This document shows positions 49,827-59,730 of a DNA stretch of 64,000 nt, one piece after another. Position numbers and translations under genes: made by a program. Numbering within the stretch: position 1 is the stretch's first letter; each line of letters opens with the position of its first letter. Origin of the DNA: Nitrososphaeria archaeon (lineage in GTDB: Archaea; Thermoproteota; Nitrososphaeria; JACIWG01); NCBI GenBank assembly GCA_963752255.1, contig CAVVXT010000019.1, forward strand, positions 512,001 to 576,000. The letters run 5' to 3'. The notes beneath the pieces were generated by a model that was given only the letters and a program-made list of their open reading frames with translations, made no database searches and was not told where the DNA came from.

Positions 49827-52050
49827 TCATTCTTTGTCGATGAACTCATCCGGTGTAGGTGGCGTTTCGCTTAGACCCTTCCTCTTCCTTATTGATACGA
49901 TTAACTGCGGCAATAGACTTTGGGGAACTATATTCCATTCTTTGAAATGAGTATTCCACATAGCTTTCCCTGCCGTAGCTCCCCTCATAGCTTCACTAAG
50001 ATCGAATGTTTCAGATGCAGGAATTACGCCCTCGATTATCGTCAGAATACCCTTTTGTTGGACGTCAAGCATTCTTCCTCTTCTACCTGAAATAACACCT
50101 GCGATAGCACCTATAAGATCGCTGCTTCCTTTGACTTCGATACCTAATATCGGTTCGAGAAGCGTTGGATTCGCTAGAAGCATTGCACCCAATATTGCAC
50201 CTCTAGAAGCCGGTAGAAGCTGTGCATATGTTCTATGTGCTGAATCCTCGTGAAATTCTGCGTGATGAAGTATAACTTTAATGCCTCTACACGCTTCCTG
50301 CGCTAAAGGACCATTCTCCATCACATCCGAAAAGCCAACCTTTATCGAATCTATTGACTCTTGCATGAATTGCACACCCTTAGTTGCGTCAACGAATAAG
50401 TTTCCTTTGTTATCAACTGAAACAACATTCCTCGCTTCATCTGCGTCCCAGCCGTGCTCTCTTAATATTTTGGCCACCGTCTTTTTATCAAGTTGTTCGT
50501 TAATTGTATTATTCCTGATTAATTCAATTATTTCGGGGGTAAGGGGTTCTACTTTCATGAAGATGCGGTTATGTTTATTAGGTGATTTGGACATGATTGG
50601 ACCTGCTGAACTTCTGATTGTCTCACGATAGTTAATCAAAGGTTCAGTCGTCACAATTTCGAGTCCTGCCTGTTGTATGAGAGTGGTTGCGATTTCAAGA
50701 TGTAATACACCCATACCGGCCATCAGCATTTCTCCTGTTTCTTCATTGATCTTGACGACGAGGTTTGGGTCTTCGATAGAGATTCTTCTTAGGGTATCAA
50801 TCAATTTAGGTAGATCACGCGGAAACTTTGGCTCAACAGCAATTGTGACAACAGGTTCGGAAACGTATTTTATCACCTCAAATGGTGTTACATCTTTGAC
50901 TGAGGAAACCGTTTCTCCTGACCTGGCGGCGTCCAGTCCTAGCAGAGCAGGTATATTACCACAACCCATGAAACCTACGAGTTCTCTAAAAGGACCCATG
51001 AACATGTTAACCGATTGTATCCTCGCTTGAGTCTTAGCGTCGTGCAGGTATACTACATCACCATCATGAACTGTTCCAGAGAACAGCCTTCCAACGGCGA
51101 CGACTCCGGCTTGAGGGTCAACTACAACGTTTGTAACCATCATTACGACTGGACCCTTTTCATCACAGTTAACCAACGATTGACCGATTTCAGAATTCGG
51201 GTCACCCTTCCATATTTTTGGAATACGATATCGTTGAGCGACGTGTGGAGGTGGGTGATGTTTAATAACCATTGAAAGAATGGCTTCGTGCAACGGAAAA
51301 TTTTCCGAGAGAGTTTTCATGTCACCTTCTTCATAAGCCTTGTAGATATCGCTGAATTTTACACTTTTCTTCTGAGTGGTCGTAAAGTTGAAGCCCCATC
51401 TGTCTTTTGCTGAACCAAAAGCGACGCTGCTATCTTGTATGCTAACCTTCCACTTATCTTTATATTCGGGCTCAGCATAAATATCAATCAGATTATTAAA
51501 ATCGTTAACAATGTCCCCAAGCCAAGCCTGCATCTTTTCAGGTGAAAGCTTAAGTTCCTTGATTAACCGATCAATCTTATTAATATAAAGTACAGGACGA
51601 ACCCTCTCTTCTAAAGCCTGCCTAGTAACGGTTTCAGTCTGCGTCATCACACCTTCAACTGCATCTGAAACTACAACAACACCATCGATCGCGCGCAAAC
51701 TTCTCGTAACTCTACCGGTAAAGTCGATGTGACCAGGTGTATCAATAAGGTTAATAACATATGGAACGTTGTCTTGCTCATAGTAAAGTGTGACGTTTGC
51801 TGCTTTGATGGTCATCTGCCTTTGCTGTTCCAAGTCCATATAATCCAGAGCTAGCGCTTGCCCAGCGAGGGAAGGATTGAGCATACCGCATGCGGCGAGG
51901 AGGCTATCGCTCATCGTCGTTTTACCGTGGTCTACGTGAGCAACAACGCCCAGATAATTCGGGCTAGAATTGTTATTTCTAGGCCTTTCGAATCTGGTCT
52001 TTGTTGCCTATAATCTTTAATGCTTCCGTTGTAGACTTATATCTTGGCAT
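49827..52050 (-). CDS. fusA: Elongation factor 2, two exons: join(52050..51987, 51955..49827), 730 aa after splicing
   Basis: Exon 1 MPRYKSTTEALKIIGNKDQIR; exon 2 (N)LGVVAHVDHGKTTMSD, DTPGH, NKID, diphthamide-loop HEDSAHR. Confidence 0.93.
51956..51986 (-). other. 31-nt bulge-helix-bulge (tRNA-type) intron in the EF-2 mRNA
   Basis: CCAGA-TTCG-AA|A-GGCCTAGAA..TTCTAGCC-CGAA-TT|A-TCTGG; removal restores frame and the conserved IRN.G..AHVDHGKT. Confidence 0.88.
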
Positions 52051-52104
52051 AGTAAATCATACACTAAACCACTAAACAGATACTTTTAAAAGATTTTGGT
52101 AAAT

Positions 52105-52707
52105 CTATTCGATGTTGGCATGTCTCCTACGCATCTCTGCCTCTTCAACATTAAGTTGCTCCATCAATGATGCTACGACAGAATCCAGAAGCAACATCGC
52201 GCTATCCTCAAAGACAGTGCCGAGAGGGGCTAGAGGTTCATGCAAACCTAATATCTGCCTTGCAAAATAGTCTTTTGTAGACACTTCTATTCGACCTCTA
52301 AGAAGTACCGTATGAGTTGATAGTTTAGCAAGTGATGAAGAAGGATAAGACGTTAAGGATACAATTCTAGCGCCAACTTGTTGAGCTGCTTGGGCGGCTG
52401 CGACAATCAGTTTTGTTGAACCAGAGCCAGATATAGCAATAACTAAGTCGTCCTTGTCTATTGAAGGCACGATTGTATCTCCAAGGACGAATGCATTAAA
52501 GCCTAGGTGAAGTAAACGCATTGCGAAGGCCCGTCCGACAAGTCCACTTCTTCCTGCACCCATTATGAGGACTTTGTTACTTTTATGGGATTTAAGAATT
52601 TCGATGAACTGTTCAACTTCTTTTTCTTCGAGTTGGGATAGATTTTCCTTGATGACATCTAAGAGAATAATAGCTTTGTCTTTGACCTTTGTGCTATTAT
52701 TGCTCAT
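52105..52707 (-). CDS. hxlB: 6-phospho-3-hexuloisomerase (SIS domain)
   Basis: GAGRSGLV, FAMRL, ISGSG, APLGTVFE, RRHANIE. Confidence 0.92.
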   Translation of the reverse strand: MSNNSTKVKDKAIILLDVIKENLSQLEEKEVEQFIEILKSHKSNKVLIMGAGRSGLVGRAFAMRLLHLGFNAFVLGDTIVPSIDKDDLVIAISGSGSTKLIVAAAQAAQQVGARIVSLTSYPSSSLAKLSTHTVLLRGRIEVSTKDYFARQILGLHEPLAPLGTVFEDSAMLLLDSVVASLMEQLNVEEAEMRRRHANIE

Positions 52708-52739
52708 GTTTTTTGGTTGATTTTAAGGGAATAAAAAGG

Positions 52740-53411
52740 TTATTTGCCTATGTTTTCGAAGTAATTTCTGTATCTTTTCCATGAAGTATCAAGCAATGAT
52801 CTTATTTCTCTTGCTCTTTTAGGCCCTAAGCCTTTAATTTTTGCAAGTTTGTCGGTAGAGGCTAGGAAAACTTCCTTGGGGGAACCAAACTGCTCCAGAA
52901 GCCTAGTGGCAATCGTTTTTCCCACACTTGGCAGAGAAGAAATAACGTAAACCTGTTGGTCTATGAAGCTTTCTTTCTTTGCATGTTTTATGGAGTAAGA
53001 GGGCTTTCTAGAAAATTGTTTAGCTAATGAAGACAGCACAACAGCTGTTTCTCTTTCAGAAGGTACATTGATCAAATTAATCCTATAGATCAGCAGAAGG
53101 GACACTAATGCACCGTATACTGACTTCGGATTTTGAACGTATGCCTCAATTTCGTTGTAGTTCCCTTCAACTATCAGAAAAGGTGAAGAATAATTTGATG
53201 AGAGACGGTCTACCTGTTGAAATAGGCGGCCATCAAATAGAGAGGAAATAAAATCGTGTAGAGTCTTCCTTTCAACAGCTATTTCAGGGTTTATAATGTA
53301 ATCACCAATTTCCAAAAATTTGAATTCAACTCTGATACCCATTTCCTTTAACAGAAATGGCACCGTAGATTTGGACTCTCTGTGATCCACGATGATGTAA
53401 CTCATACCCAT
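52740..53411 (-). CDS. xpf: Short XPF/ERCC4 structure-specific endonuclease
   Basis: VDHRE, GDY, VERKT..DF..S..DGRL, tandem HhH. Confidence 0.92.
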   Translation of the reverse strand: MGMSYIIVDHRESKSTVPFLLKEMGIRVEFKFLEIGDYIINPEIAVERKTLHDFISSLFDGRLFQQVDRLSSNYSSPFLIVEGNYNEIEAYVQNPKSVYGALVSLLLIYRINLINVPSERETAVVLSSLAKQFSRKPSYSIKHAKKESFIDQQVYVISSLPSVGKTIATRLLEQFGSPKEVFLASTDKLAKIKGLGPKRAREIRSLLDTSWKRYRNYFENIGK

Positions 53412-53414
53412 CTG

Positions 53415-54149
53415 CTATATGTGCAAGAAGTATACTAGTATTATAAACTGTATTATGAAAATCAAACATAGAAAAGAAGCCATGTAATCCCTTTTCCTAA
53501 GATGCAAAGAATAATATGATGTCTTTTTCTTGGAGAAACCGTACGCCCTTGACTCCATTGCTTCAGCAAGCTCTTCACTTCTGATTATTGACTGAACTAT
53601 CAAAGGAACCAGAACAGGAAGATAGTTCCTTATTCTCTTCGTAATGTTACCTTTTTCTATTTCTAGACCCCTTGATTTTTGGGAATCCAAGATCTGAAGT
53701 GCATCAAGCATTATTACAGGGACAAATCGTACCGCGGTCACAAAAGCAAAAATCAGATCATATGGTAAACGTAATGATTTCATTACAAGCTCAAGTTCGT
53801 CGGGAGATGTGGTTAAGAAGAATATAGAAGAAGAAGAGACCACAGAGACGAATCTTAAGGATACTATTACGGAGAAGAGTATGTTATATCCAACCAATAC
53901 ATTTATTATAAATATCATAACTAAAAAGGAAGCCGAAAAAACTATTGTCTTAGCCATCCTCTTAATAACCTTAGAGACAAGTCCTATGAGGAGGATTATT
54001 GATAGGATTACAATAAATTCTAGTATCGTGTTACTTAATAATGATAGTGAAAACAGCATTATTGAGACAAACAATTTGATCCTCGGATCAAGTGAATGGA
54101 AAGGGCTTTTCTGACTTCGGTAGATTAAGCCTTGAGCAAGCCAGAACAA
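53415..54149 (-). CDS. ecfT: ECF transporter T component
   Basis: LDPRIK, SQKSRG, AMESRAY. Confidence 0.9.
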   Translation of the reverse strand: MFWLAQGLIYRSQKSPFHSLDPRIKLFVSIMLFSLSLLSNTILEFIVILSIILLIGLVSKVIKRMAKTIVFSASFLVMIFIINVLVGYNILFSVIVSLRFVSVVSSSSIFFLTTSPDELELVMKSLRLPYDLIFAFVTAVRFVPVIMLDALQILDSQKSRGLEIEKGNITKRIRNYLPVLVPLIVQSIIRSEELAEAMESRAYGFSKKKTSYYSLHLRKRDYMASFLCLIFIIQFIILVYFLHI

Positions 54150-54151
54150 TA

Positions 54152-54973
54152 TTACGTACCCTCCTTGAAAAGATTTAAGAGAACGGTTCTTGATTCAAGA
54201 ACGTCTATCGGAGGACTTGAGATCAAAGGGGAAAGCTCTTCTTGGAGCTCAACGAACTGAGGATCTATTATTTCGCATCTTTCTAGAGAATCTTTGTCCT
54301 TGAAGACGTTAATACATTTATCGTCTTTGACCACTTCACCGTTAGACAACAAAACCGATCTCGGTTGCAGAAGCCATACGAATTCGACATCGTGCGATAC
54401 TATTATAACCGATTTATTCTGTGTAATCAACATCTTGATAACTTCCCTAAGTTTTTCCTTTTGAAGAAAATCTTGGCCAACTGTAGGCTCGTCTAGAATA
54501 ACATAATCTGGATTCCAAGCTAGAACGGATGCTAGACATAACCTCTTCTTTTCGCCACCACTTAGGAGGAGCGGAGAGGTGTCTTTATATTGTGTTAAGT
54601 TAAAAAACTCTAGAGCCCATTTAACCCTCTTCTTTATAACCTCTTCTTCTAAGTTAAAGTTCTTCAGTGCAAAGGCTAATTCATTCCAAACTGTATCAGA
54701 AAATATCTGATGTCCAGGATTTTGAAAAACCAGACCAACCCTCTTTGAGAGGGAAGCCACTGATTCATTACGGGTATCTTTCCCAAAAACCTTGACTGAA
54801 CCTTCATTAGGCTTGAGCAAACCATTGAAATGCTTTATAAGAGTAGTTTTTCCAGAACCATTGCTGCCCATTATAGCAACAGCTTCACCTAAACCAATTT
54901 TTAGATTAATGTTCTTTAAGATGTTATCTTTTGCCATCGGATACTTGAAGTAGAGAGAATCGATTTCTATCAT
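54152..54973 (-). CDS. ecfA: ECF transporter ATPase
   Basis: GSNGSGKT, FQNP, LSGGEKK, LDEPT. Confidence 0.9.
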   Translation of the reverse strand: MIEIDSLYFKYPMAKDNILKNINLKIGLGEAVAIMGSNGSGKTTLIKHFNGLLKPNEGSVKVFGKDTRNESVASLSKRVGLVFQNPGHQIFSDTVWNELAFALKNFNLEEEVIKKRVKWALEFFNLTQYKDTSPLLLSGGEKKRLCLASVLAWNPDYVILDEPTVGQDFLQKEKLREVIKMLITQNKSVIIVSHDVEFVWLLQPRSVLLSNGEVVKDDKCINVFKDKDSLERCEIIDPQFVELQEELSPLISSPPIDVLESRTVLLNLFKEGT

Positions 54974-55830
54974 TTACTAGAAACCTCTTCTTTTACCATT
55001 TTGGCAAAGTCTTTAACATTCAAACAAAAATTTGGTAGTTTTATTTGAGATTCAGAAAGACTGTTTTGCAGCGCTATTATCGGAGGAACAGAGACACCGT
55101 AAAGATACAAATCTTTCAGCTTTATTATGTCTCTTAAAGAACCGTCATGCATGATCTTTCCATTATCCATAACGATAATTCTGTCCGCAACATTTGTAAG
55201 TAAGTCGATTCTGTGTTCTACAACAATTACTGTTATACCAAGTTCTACGTTCAACCTTTTCAGTGTAAGAATAAATTCGTAGGCCGTTCGGGGATCTAAA
55301 AGGGAGGTAGGTTCATCGAGTATCAATATCTTCGGATTCATAACAAGCGTTCCTGCAATCGCAACCCTCTGTTTCTGTCCATCCGATAGCTCGTAAGGAG
55401 CTCGATATTTTAATTGCTCTATATTTAATGTCTTTAGAACCCAAGAAATTCGTCTACTTATTTCTTCCTTATCAACCCCTATGTTCTCTAGGCCAAAGAC
55501 GATGTCCTTTTCGACACTAAACATAAAAATCTGGTTTTCAGGGTTCTGAAAGACAAAACCAACCTTCGTCGCTAACTCACTAACACTTTTTTCAGACACA
55601 ATTTCCCCGTCTACGATGACCTTACCCTGATATACTCCATTGTATAAATGAGGGATAAGACCATTAACACATCTCAATAGAGTTGACTTTCCACAACCGC
55701 TTGGGCCTACTAATAGGACAAACTCACCTTCATTAATTTCCAAATTGATATTCTTCAGAATAGGGGTGGATGATCCTAGATAGGAAAAGCTGAAGTCGAC
55801 AAACTGTATTGAGGGGGCCAACGTTTCCAC
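54970..55830 (-). CDS. ecfA: ECF transporter ATPase
   Basis: GPSGCGKS, FQNPENQ, LSDGQKQ, LDEPT, VEH. Confidence 0.9.
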   Translation of the reverse strand: METLAPSIQFVDFSFSYLGSSTPILKNINLEINEGEFVLLVGPSGCGKSTLLRCVNGLIPHLYNGVYQGKVIVDGEIVSEKSVSELATKVGFVFQNPENQIFMFSVEKDIVFGLENIGVDKEEISRRISWVLKTLNIEQLKYRAPYELSDGQKQRVAIAGTLVMNPKILILDEPTSLLDPRTAYEFILTLKRLNVELGITVIVVEHRIDLLTNVADRIIVMDNGKIMHDGSLRDIIKLKDLYLYGVSVPPIIALQNSLSESQIKLPNFCLNVKDFAKMVKEEVSSK

Positions 55831-55864
55831 ATAGCAGACAAAAATACAATATAAAAGGATATTA

Positions 55865-56878
55865 CTATTTTAATGGTAGTTTACTTATTTTTTTCGATAA
55901 CATGTTCTCAATTAAATTAAGAGTTGTCGAAATAAACTCGTTTTCATCGGATTGAATATTAAAGGAAGAGGCTAGCCTGTGACCTCCCCCAACACCATTA
56001 AATTTCTTCCCAAGAGTTTCGGCTAGAACGTTTAGTGTGACCAGTTCGTTCCTACCTACTTCGATAGAGCATCTGATACTTCCTTTAAGAAGACTGTCCT
56101 CTTTCCCATAAGCTATTACAATATCACAGCCTGCGCCAACGAGAAAATTTGCGACTGATACATGGAATGATCCGACCTTGACAATAGCTACTATTATTTC
56201 GCCGGCTTCATATAGACTGAGTCTTGATAGTGATTTCAGTTTAGCGATAACCTCCGAGCGATCATGTTTATGTGTGAGAAGACTTTGACCCCAATCTAAT
56301 CTAGCCCCCGATTCTATTAAAAATGAAACGTTTTTTATAGTCTCTTCATGCGCCACCAGAAGATGCCTCGTATCGAAAAGGACCCCTAATAAAAGGAGGT
56401 TTGACATATCAGATGGAAGAGTGACAGAATACTTCCTAAATAATGTGAGAACCATTTCAGAAGAAGAGGTAGTCTCTTGATTAACATAAAGGTAATTGTA
56501 AAAGAACTTACTTTCTTCCTGTATTGGATGATGGTCTATTAATAGCTTTTGAGCCACAGTATCTTTTAGAATTTCAAAGTACTCGTCTAGTAGTTTAGGA
56601 GAACCAGTGTCAACCACGATTATAAAGTCAGATTTGTCGAAGACCTTTGTTTCTGACGATTCTACTAAGAAGTACTTCCTAAGATCTTCAGCTTTAGAGT
56701 CTAAACCGCAGGGAAATATGAAACCAATTTGTATCGATGGCTTCTTTTTCTTTAAAAGAAAATTTAAGGCATATGTTGCGCAGAAAGCGTCCACATCGCC
56801 AAGCCTATGTGTAACAATGAAAACCCTCTTAACTGTCAGTAATTCAAGACGATCTATATTCGAAAAAAGAGATTCCAT
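55865..56878 (-). CDS. DHH/DHHA1 phosphoesterase
   Basis: TH..GDVDA, VDT, IDHH, GGGH. Confidence 0.88.
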   Translation of the reverse strand: MESLFSNIDRLELLTVKRVFIVTHRLGDVDAFCATYALNFLLKKKKPSIQIGFIFPCGLDSKAEDLRKYFLVESSETKVFDKSDFIIVVDTGSPKLLDEYFEILKDTVAQKLLIDHHPIQEESKFFYNYLYVNQETTSSSEMVLTLFRKYSVTLPSDMSNLLLLGVLFDTRHLLVAHEETIKNVSFLIESGARLDWGQSLLTHKHDRSEVIAKLKSLSRLSLYEAGEIIVAIVKVGSFHVSVANFLVGAGCDIVIAYGKEDSLLKGSIRCSIEVGRNELVTLNVLAETLGKKFNGVGGGHRLASSFNIQSDENEFISTTLNLIENMLSKKISKLPLK

Positions 56879-56880
56879 GC

Positions 56881-57252
56881 TTAGCTTTCTTTCAAACCCT
56901 GATCAGGCTGATTTGAAAGTGCACCACTTATTTTGCTTTGAATTTCAGCAAGACTTTGTTTAAGCTTCTCTTCTTGCCTAGTCAAGATTGTTGTTCTTGT
57001 CTTGTCTAGCTCCAATTTTTCTTCTAGCTCCTTAAGAAGATCATCTTTGTTAACCTTAATCAATACCTGACCTGAAAATCTGTACGTGAGATCTTCAGCT
57101 GCCGTCTTCTTTAGTTCATTTAGAGCGTGTTCGACATCGTTGATTTCTAGTTCGACCTGCCTCTTCTGTATCTGAACCGATTGAAGGTTTCTCTGTGTTT
57201 CTTCAAATCTTGCAAGCCTTTCTTTTAACCATGGAGGGATTTCTTCACTCAT
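56881..57252 (-). CDS. pfdB: Prefoldin beta subunit
   Basis: IPPWL, coiled coils flanking YRFSGQVLIK hairpin. Confidence 0.9.
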   Translation of the reverse strand: MSEEIPPWLKERLARFEETQRNLQSVQIQKRQVELEINDVEHALNELKKTAAEDLTYRFSGQVLIKVNKDDLLKELEEKLELDKTRTTILTRQEEKLKQSLAEIQSKISGALSNQPDQGLKES

Positions 57253-57268
57253 GCCATATCACCAAATT

Positions 57269-57481
57269 CTATAGTTCGTAAGCTCCACCTGCAACGACGT
57301 AACCACATTTTTTACACGCCCATATACCAGTATTAGTTCTCTTAAATCTTTCAGAACCACATGATGGGCACTGCCTAACTTGCCTGAGAACAGTTATAAC
57401 CTTAGAAGTGCGTTTTCTGACAGTAGAACCGTAGCGTGGACCTAGTCCTTTAGTGCTTCTTGGTGTTTTTGCTTTAGGCAG
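57269..57481 (-). CDS. rpl37ae: 50S ribosomal protein L37Ae (eL43), CTG start, missed by the ORF track
   Basis: Manual translation (M)PKAKTPRSTKGLGPRYGSTVRKR...CPSCG...TGIWACKKCGYVVAGGAYEL. Confidence 0.92.
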   Translation of the reverse strand: MPKAKTPRSTKGLGPRYGSTVRKRTSKVITVLRQVRQCPSCGSERFKRTNTGIWACKKCGYVVAGGAYEL

Positions 57482-58289
57482 TCTCCATCACTTTCTTAAT
57501 CATCAACAGTATTTCTTCTGCTTTAGCCTTGGAAATGCTAACTATTTTAAATAACTGTTCCACAGAAAGACCATTAGATCCGCCTTTTTGCCCTGCGCAT
57601 ATATGTCCTTGTTCATCGAAGGTTATTGTCATCCTAGAATCAAGTACAGAATCTTCTTCTGCAGTTGGGTCAAGTATTATGTTATCGCCGATTGTTATTG
57701 ATGTAACAGACACTGGGATCGTACGCAATGGCAACGATACCTTCTGGGTTTCTTCTGTTCCATCCTCCTTCACTATCTTCTTATCAAATTTCGCGGTAGC
57801 AATCGACAAAGCGGCTGCTATGAAAGCTACATCAAAGAGGTTTCCATCCATGTTCAATATATCTACATCAACGAATACACAGTTGACTAATTTCCCTGTT
57901 TCTATCACTAAAGCTTTCAGGTCCATCATTTGGGATTCCCTTATTCCACGATCCACTACCCTTGAAACTTCTATTGAATCTTCGTCGGGTGGACCAGGTT
58001 CGATCAACGGGGAAGATAATGGAAGAAATTCTGCGTTGACCACTAAGAGACCCTGATCTGGTGTATCAGGGAAAGGTGTCCCAGTTTCTATTTTGACTCC
58101 CGCAATTACCTTTGTATTACCTATAGATACTTCTGCTGAGCCATTAGCCTTCTGTATTGGATTCAGCTTTACCGTAATTGGACGATATTCATTAAACGCT
58201 CTTCCATCAACTCTTTTCTGCTTTGACATTAGATCAAGCATTTGTGTCTTTCTTAGGTTCTCTACTATTGGAGATTTTTTAAGAGACAT
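57474..58289 (-). CDS. rrp42: Exosome subunit Rrp42
   Basis: RVDGR, KANGSA, EPGPPDE, VVDRGIRES, DGNLFD. Confidence 0.94.
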   Translation of the reverse strand: MSLKKSPIVENLRKTQMLDLMSKQKRVDGRAFNEYRPITVKLNPIQKANGSAEVSIGNTKVIAGVKIETGTPFPDTPDQGLLVVNAEFLPLSSPLIEPGPPDEDSIEVSRVVDRGIRESQMMDLKALVIETGKLVNCVFVDVDILNMDGNLFDVAFIAAALSIATAKFDKKIVKEDGTEETQKVSLPLRTIPVSVTSITIGDNIILDPTAEEDSVLDSRMTITFDEQGHICAGQKGGSNGLSVEQLFKIVSISKAKAEEILLMIKKVMETA

Positions 58290-59039
58290 TTATTTTTCCT
58301 CTCCTAATTTAAAGTACTTTTCTGTTAACGCGTTCCTTAAGATTTCATAGACTTTCTTGTTTCCTATAATCGCTAGTTCGATAGCCTTCTTGAACTCCTC
58401 TTCAGTGAATATTCCATCAAATTGGAGTAGGGTAATCCTATCTAGATTTGGCATATATGCAACAGGAATATCACCCTGACCTTCCTTGTCTTCCTTATCG
58501 CTTAAGTCCAAGATTATTTGATCATCTGCCTTTCCTACGGCACAACCAACTACTAGATCTTTCATAGCTATACCACTATCTGCTAAAGCAGCAGATACCG
58601 CTGTAATACTAGCACATCGGGAACCACCATCAGACTGAAGAACTTCAACATAGACGTCAATTATTGACCTCGGATACTCTTCTAGGAAGACAGTGCATTC
58701 CATGGCTCTGCGTAAAACTAGCGAAATTTCAATTTCTCTTCTTGTTGGTTGTGGCGGCTTCCTTTCTTCCGTGGAAAACGGTGACATATGATATCTGCAT
58801 CTAATGAACGCCTTATCTGGAAGAGAAAGGTGTTTTGGATGCGCTTCTCGAGGTCCATAAACTGCAGCGATAATCTTATTATGGCCGAATTCTATGCTCG
58901 CTGAACCATCCGCATTCTTTATTACTCCTACCTCAATCTTTACAGGTCTTAGTTCGTCTAACTTACGCCCATCAAGGCGTATACCTTTTTCGTCGATCAA
59001 TTCTCCCATGTTAAACATCCTCTTTTGACAATAATTCAT
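58290..59039 (-). CDS. rrp41: Exosome subunit Rrp41
   Basis: RLDGR, AVYGPRE, RREIE, QSDGGSR, DKEGQGD. Confidence 0.95.
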   Translation of the reverse strand: MNYCQKRMFNMGELIDEKGIRLDGRKLDELRPVKIEVGVIKNADGSASIEFGHNKIIAAVYGPREAHPKHLSLPDKAFIRCRYHMSPFSTEERKPPQPTRREIEISLVLRRAMECTVFLEEYPRSIIDVYVEVLQSDGGSRCASITAVSAALADSGIAMKDLVVGCAVGKADDQIILDLSDKEDKEGQGDIPVAYMPNLDRITLLQFDGIFTEEEFKKAIELAIIGNKKVYEILRNALTEKYFKLGEEK

Positions 59040-59730
59040 TAATCATATTTGTAAGGGAAGCGACGTGCGACTTTTCTTCTATCAATCGAATAGCTTTAAT
59101 TGCTAAGACTATTCCGTCAGGAGGACCTTGAACAATTATAATACCATTCTGTCCGATGAATAGCTTTGTCTTTGTCTTTGATTCGATGATTTTAGCCATC
59201 GAACCCTTTTTGCCGATTAGCCGTGGAATCTTCGAAGAAGAAAGCTTGACAGGCTCACCTTTTACTACTTTACCGAGTCCAGGTTCGCGGATCGTCAACA
59301 ACGGATCCCTTGTCCTATCATATGTTACAATCTTTGCGATCATCATGTCACCGACTCTAAACTGTTCAGTTAAAGAATTTGATACAGATGAGAAATTTCT
59401 TCCAAAGACATCTTGTGCTGGAAGATGAGCCATATACAAGGAGTTGATGTCGACATCCCAGGTAAAAGCATTAAGATCGACTACAGTCCCGATAACGAAA
59501 TCATCTATCCGTGGAATATAGGTCCCTGAGAGAGGAATGAACTTTACTTCTTTATCTTCAACTTCCGCTAGTCCGACCTTTAATGAGTAGAGTTTGTTTC
59601 CAATCCTATAAGTGTTAAAGGGTAGAGGCCCTGGAGGTACGTCTCCAATGAGATCACCAGGTAGAACTTTTGACCGAACAACCGTCATTTTAGAATCACT
59701 TCCTCGCCACCACGTTAACTTCGGTTTCAC
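59011..59730 (-). CDS. rrp4: Exosome RNA-binding subunit Rrp4 (probable start at MTVVRS, 59688)
   Basis: YIPRIDDFVIG S1 domain, KH IPRLIGKKGSM, GQNG. Confidence 0.93.
   Translation of the reverse strand: MKPKLTWWRGSDSKMTVVRSKVLPGDLIGDVPPGPLPFNTYRIGNKLYSLKVGLAEVEDKEVKFIPLSGTYIPRIDDFVIGTVVDLNAFTWDVDINSLYMAHLPAQDVFGRNFSSVSNSLTEQFRVGDMMIAKIVTYDRTRDPLLTIREPGLGKVVKGEPVKLSSSKIPRLIGKKGSMAKIIESKTKTKLFIGQNGIIIVQGPPDGIVLAIKAIRLIEEKSHVASLTNMINELLSKEDV

Noticed and set aside
49827-52050. EF-2 as a pseudogene, or starting at Met 51914
   Set aside because: A start at 51914 would delete the P-loop; the rest of the gene is undamaged and the insertion is a precise BHB, so an intron is the better explanation.
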